NCBI GenBank assembly: GCA_043228905.1
Contig: JBHGNT010001282.1
Location: 1-10,325, forward strand
Direction of reading: 5' to 3'
DNA: 10,325 nucleotides
Source of the DNA: Azolla caroliniana
Lineage: Eukaryota; Plantae; Polypodiophyta
The translations under genes were made by a program, and so were the position numbers. Position 1 is the first letter of the stretch, and each line of letters begins with the position of its first letter. Below are positions 7,946-10,325 of this stretch, piece by piece. Below the pieces are notes generated by a model that saw only the letters and a program-made list of their open reading frames with translations, did not search any database and was not told the DNA's origin.

Positions 7946-8444
7946 CGTGAGGAAATCCGATTATGAAATGCACAATAATGCGGGAACAAAAAAATAGGAA
8001 ATGCACAGAGTACACAGTTTTACGTGGAAGTCCTAAACAGGGAAAACCACGGGAATTGAGATCCACTATACAATGGAGAATACAAAGGAGACAATATAAA
8101 ACACTCTCTCTGCACAGAGTCTTGGCGTCACTCTCACTCTCACTCTTCACTCTGTTCCTACTACTCTTACTTCTATTATTATACTAATAATAATAGAAAA
8201 TAATCAACCGATTGATTGAATAGTCAATTCAACTAGTCGACTCTAGTGTCGACTGTCCAGTTCGCCCGACTAATCGGCCTTGTCGTTGACAGTCCGGTCG
8301 GCTCGACTAGTCGGTCTAGTTTTCGACTTGGATCCTCTGTTGTCGACTCTCCTTGACATCGACTGTTGTCTCCCGGCCCGACCAGTCAGCTACTCCTTGT
8401 CTTCGACTATCGGCTCCTCCCATAGGAGGGACATATCCCTAACA
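7946..8444 (-). repeat. 3' LTR of the copia element (about 500 bp)
   Basis: Minus strand starts TGTTAGGGATATG at 8444, 2 nt after the PPT. It has a CGAC-rich U3, an AT-rich TATA-like segment near 8170-8195, a GA-rich R region and a T-rich U5. The distal end is only resolved to 7922-7948. Confidence 0.8.
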
Positions 8445-10325
8445 AACTCCCCCTTCACTCCTATGGGTGGAGTTAGTTAGCCCTGTCCTTTGTCGACTTA
8501 CTTTGAGTTTGTCCATCGATAGGTTCTTCGTGAGCATGTCGGATCCATTTTAGTCAGTATGGGTCTTCACAAGAGTAAACTCTCCATCTTCCACTCTCTC
8601 CTGTAACCAGTGATACCTTCTCTATATGTGCTTGGTTCAGGAGTGGTACATAGCGTTCTTGGCTAGATGTATGGGGTTGTGGCTATCACAGTGAAGCAAG
8701 GACTCCCTTTGCTTCATTCCTAACTCACTGATCAGCTCTTTTCCGGCCTCTACCGCTGCCATATACTCTGCCTCTATGGTCAACAAGGCCACATATTTTT
8801 TGAAGTTGTGACTGCCATGACATTACTCCCCATGCATAAGTCATCATGTACCCTGAAGTGGATGAACTTGAGTTTGTGTCCCCCAATGTTTCCAAGTCGG
8901 TAAACCCTTCAACCATACCTTAGGCATACCCCAAAGGTGCCTTTCAAGTACTTGAGTATTTATTTAACAGTTGCCCAATGTTCTCTTCCAAGATTACTCC
9001 TATATCGGCTTATTGTCCCCATAGCAAATGCTATGTATGGTCTCGTACAAACCATAGCATACATTAAACTGCCGACGGCTAAGGCATATCGTACTTTCCT
9101 CATCTCAACCTTTTCTTTCTCACCCCTTAGGCATTGCTTAACATTCAACTTAGTTGGCCGGTAACATAGAGCCGACTAGCTTTGCTTCCGAGATGTTGAA
9201 TCTTTCTAGGATCTTTGTCACATACTTCTCTTGTGACAACCACAACACTTTCTTAGTTCTGTCCCAAACTATGTGCATCCCTAAAATCTGTTTAGCGGGT
9301 CCAAGATCTTTTATTGCAAACAACTTGCCTAGAGCTTTCTTTTAGCTCAAGATCCTCTTCATGTCTTGTCCGACTCTCAAGATGTCATCCACATATAATA
9401 AGAGAATTAAGAAGTAACCTTCATCATACCTCTTTACATACACATAGTGATCAACTTGTGTTTTCTGGAACCTATATTCCAACATGAAGGACTCGAACTT
9501 CTTATAACATTGGCATGGAGCTTGTTTTGAACCATACAAGATTTTCTTTAGTTGACATAGTAGGTTCTCTTTCTCTTTCTTCGCAAAGACTTTGGGCTAA
9601 TGTGGGACATCACCTTTCAATGGTATTGAGGGAGACCTATTGATCAAATAAACAGTTGTGTACATCGCCTCAGTCCAGTACATTTTCGCCAGCATAGCAT
9701 GCAACATCATGCTCCTTACTCTTTCCATTATCATCTGATTCATCCTCTTTGTAAGCTTGTTTATTGCTGGGTTCTTTGGCACTGTGTATTCGATTCGAAT
9801 ACTTTGGTCCTTGCAGTATTCTTTGAAATGCCCTCTATATTCGCCACTGTTGTCGGTTCGGACCACCTTCAAGTTCTGACTTGACTCTCTTTTTGCCCTT
9901 GCTTGGTACTCCTTGAAGAACGACAATACTTGATCCTTCAATTTTAGTACTAAAGTCCACAATTTTCGACTGTAGTCATCGATGAACGTGACGAAGTACT
10001 GTCCGCCTCGATGTGATGGAGCCTCTACATAGCACACGTTGGTGTGCACTAGTTCCAAGAGCACTTCTCTTCTTGGTGGTCTTGAGTAGAATGCTGCTCT
10101 ATTCTACTTTCCGACTAAGCAGCCGACACACTTCTCCAAGTGTACTCCTTTCACTTCCGGGAGAAGTTCCTGGTCAGCTAGTAGATGCATTCCCTTCTAA
10201 CTCATATGGTCTAGCCTCTTATGCCATAACTCTCCACTCGAGTTGGCTACCAAGTTCACTTTCGACTTGTACAGTCGGGCATGCATCATATACAATGTGC
10301 CCTCTTTTTGTGCTCGGGCCACTAT
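8439..10325 (-). pseudogene. pol: Copia pol (GAG-pre-integrase HHCC, integrase core, RT, RNase H), disabled
   Basis: HHCC: ELWHKRLDHMS*KG...CVGCLVGK (~10110-10230). Integrase: LVHTNVC...YFVTFIDDYSRKLW...RTDNSGEY...NKLTKRMN (9597-10064). RT: LYGSKQAP...LLYVDDIL (YVDD at 9384-9395) and AVGSLMYAMVCTRP. RNase H: GFTD...STSGY...EAEY...HCDS...TKHI...SDMLTK. Multiple stops, frameshifts and deletions; two DDE residues are altered (D->N, E->K). Confidence 0.92.
8447..8461 (-). other. Polypurine tract of the copia element
   Basis: Minus strand GGAGTGAAGGGGGAG, then TT, then the LTR TG. Confidence 0.85.

Larger units (their letters stand above)
7946..10325 (-). mobile_element. 3' portion of a decayed Ty1/copia LTR retrotransposon (Tnt1/Tork-like), antisense to GLR; continues beyond the right edge
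   Basis: Minus-strand order: HHCC zinc finger, integrase, RT, RNase H, PPT, LTR. Integrase before RT is the copia order, and the peptides align by eye with Tnt1 pol. The left boundary is uncertain: TGTTGG at 7922, or ~7946 where the minus strand ends ATTTCCTCACG. Confidence 0.93.

Noticed and set aside
8236-8410. CRISPR-like array from recurring CGACT motifs
   Set aside because: The repeats are only 4-10 nt with irregular spacing, in a eukaryotic LTR context with no cas genes.
7935-8480. ORFs at 7935-8150, 7963-8187 and 8280-8480
   Set aside because: They lie within the copia LTR/PPT and give low-complexity translations with no homology cues.

Overview
Eukaryotic plant genomic DNA, most likely a moss (Physcomitrium-like). 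The organism is inferred from the retroelement types and intron style, not proven. From left to right the window holds five things. (1) The 5' end of a decayed minus-strand Ty3/gypsy LTR retrotransposon: gag with 4 in-frame stops, an 18-nt tRNA-Trp primer-binding site, and a 268-bp TG..CA LTR that is almost entirely one palindrome. (2) A decayed, intron-containing plus-strand gene fragment resembling the N-terminal half of a beta-class N6-adenine/N4-cytosine DNA methyltransferase (GD..LP...LLIVDIPY ... IVVFHS ... ENLVW). (3) A convergent, decayed, spliced minus-strand gene of unknown identity. (4) The first two exons of an apparently intact glutamate-receptor-like (GLR) gene in which the signal peptide is joined directly to the S1 ligand-binding segment, so there is no amino-terminal domain. 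(5) The 3' part of an antisense Tnt1/Tork-like Ty1/copia element lying after GLR exon 2, with 3' LTR, PPT and a decayed pol carrying a large in-frame integrase-to-RT deletion. All calls come from manual reading and translation; no database searches were run.
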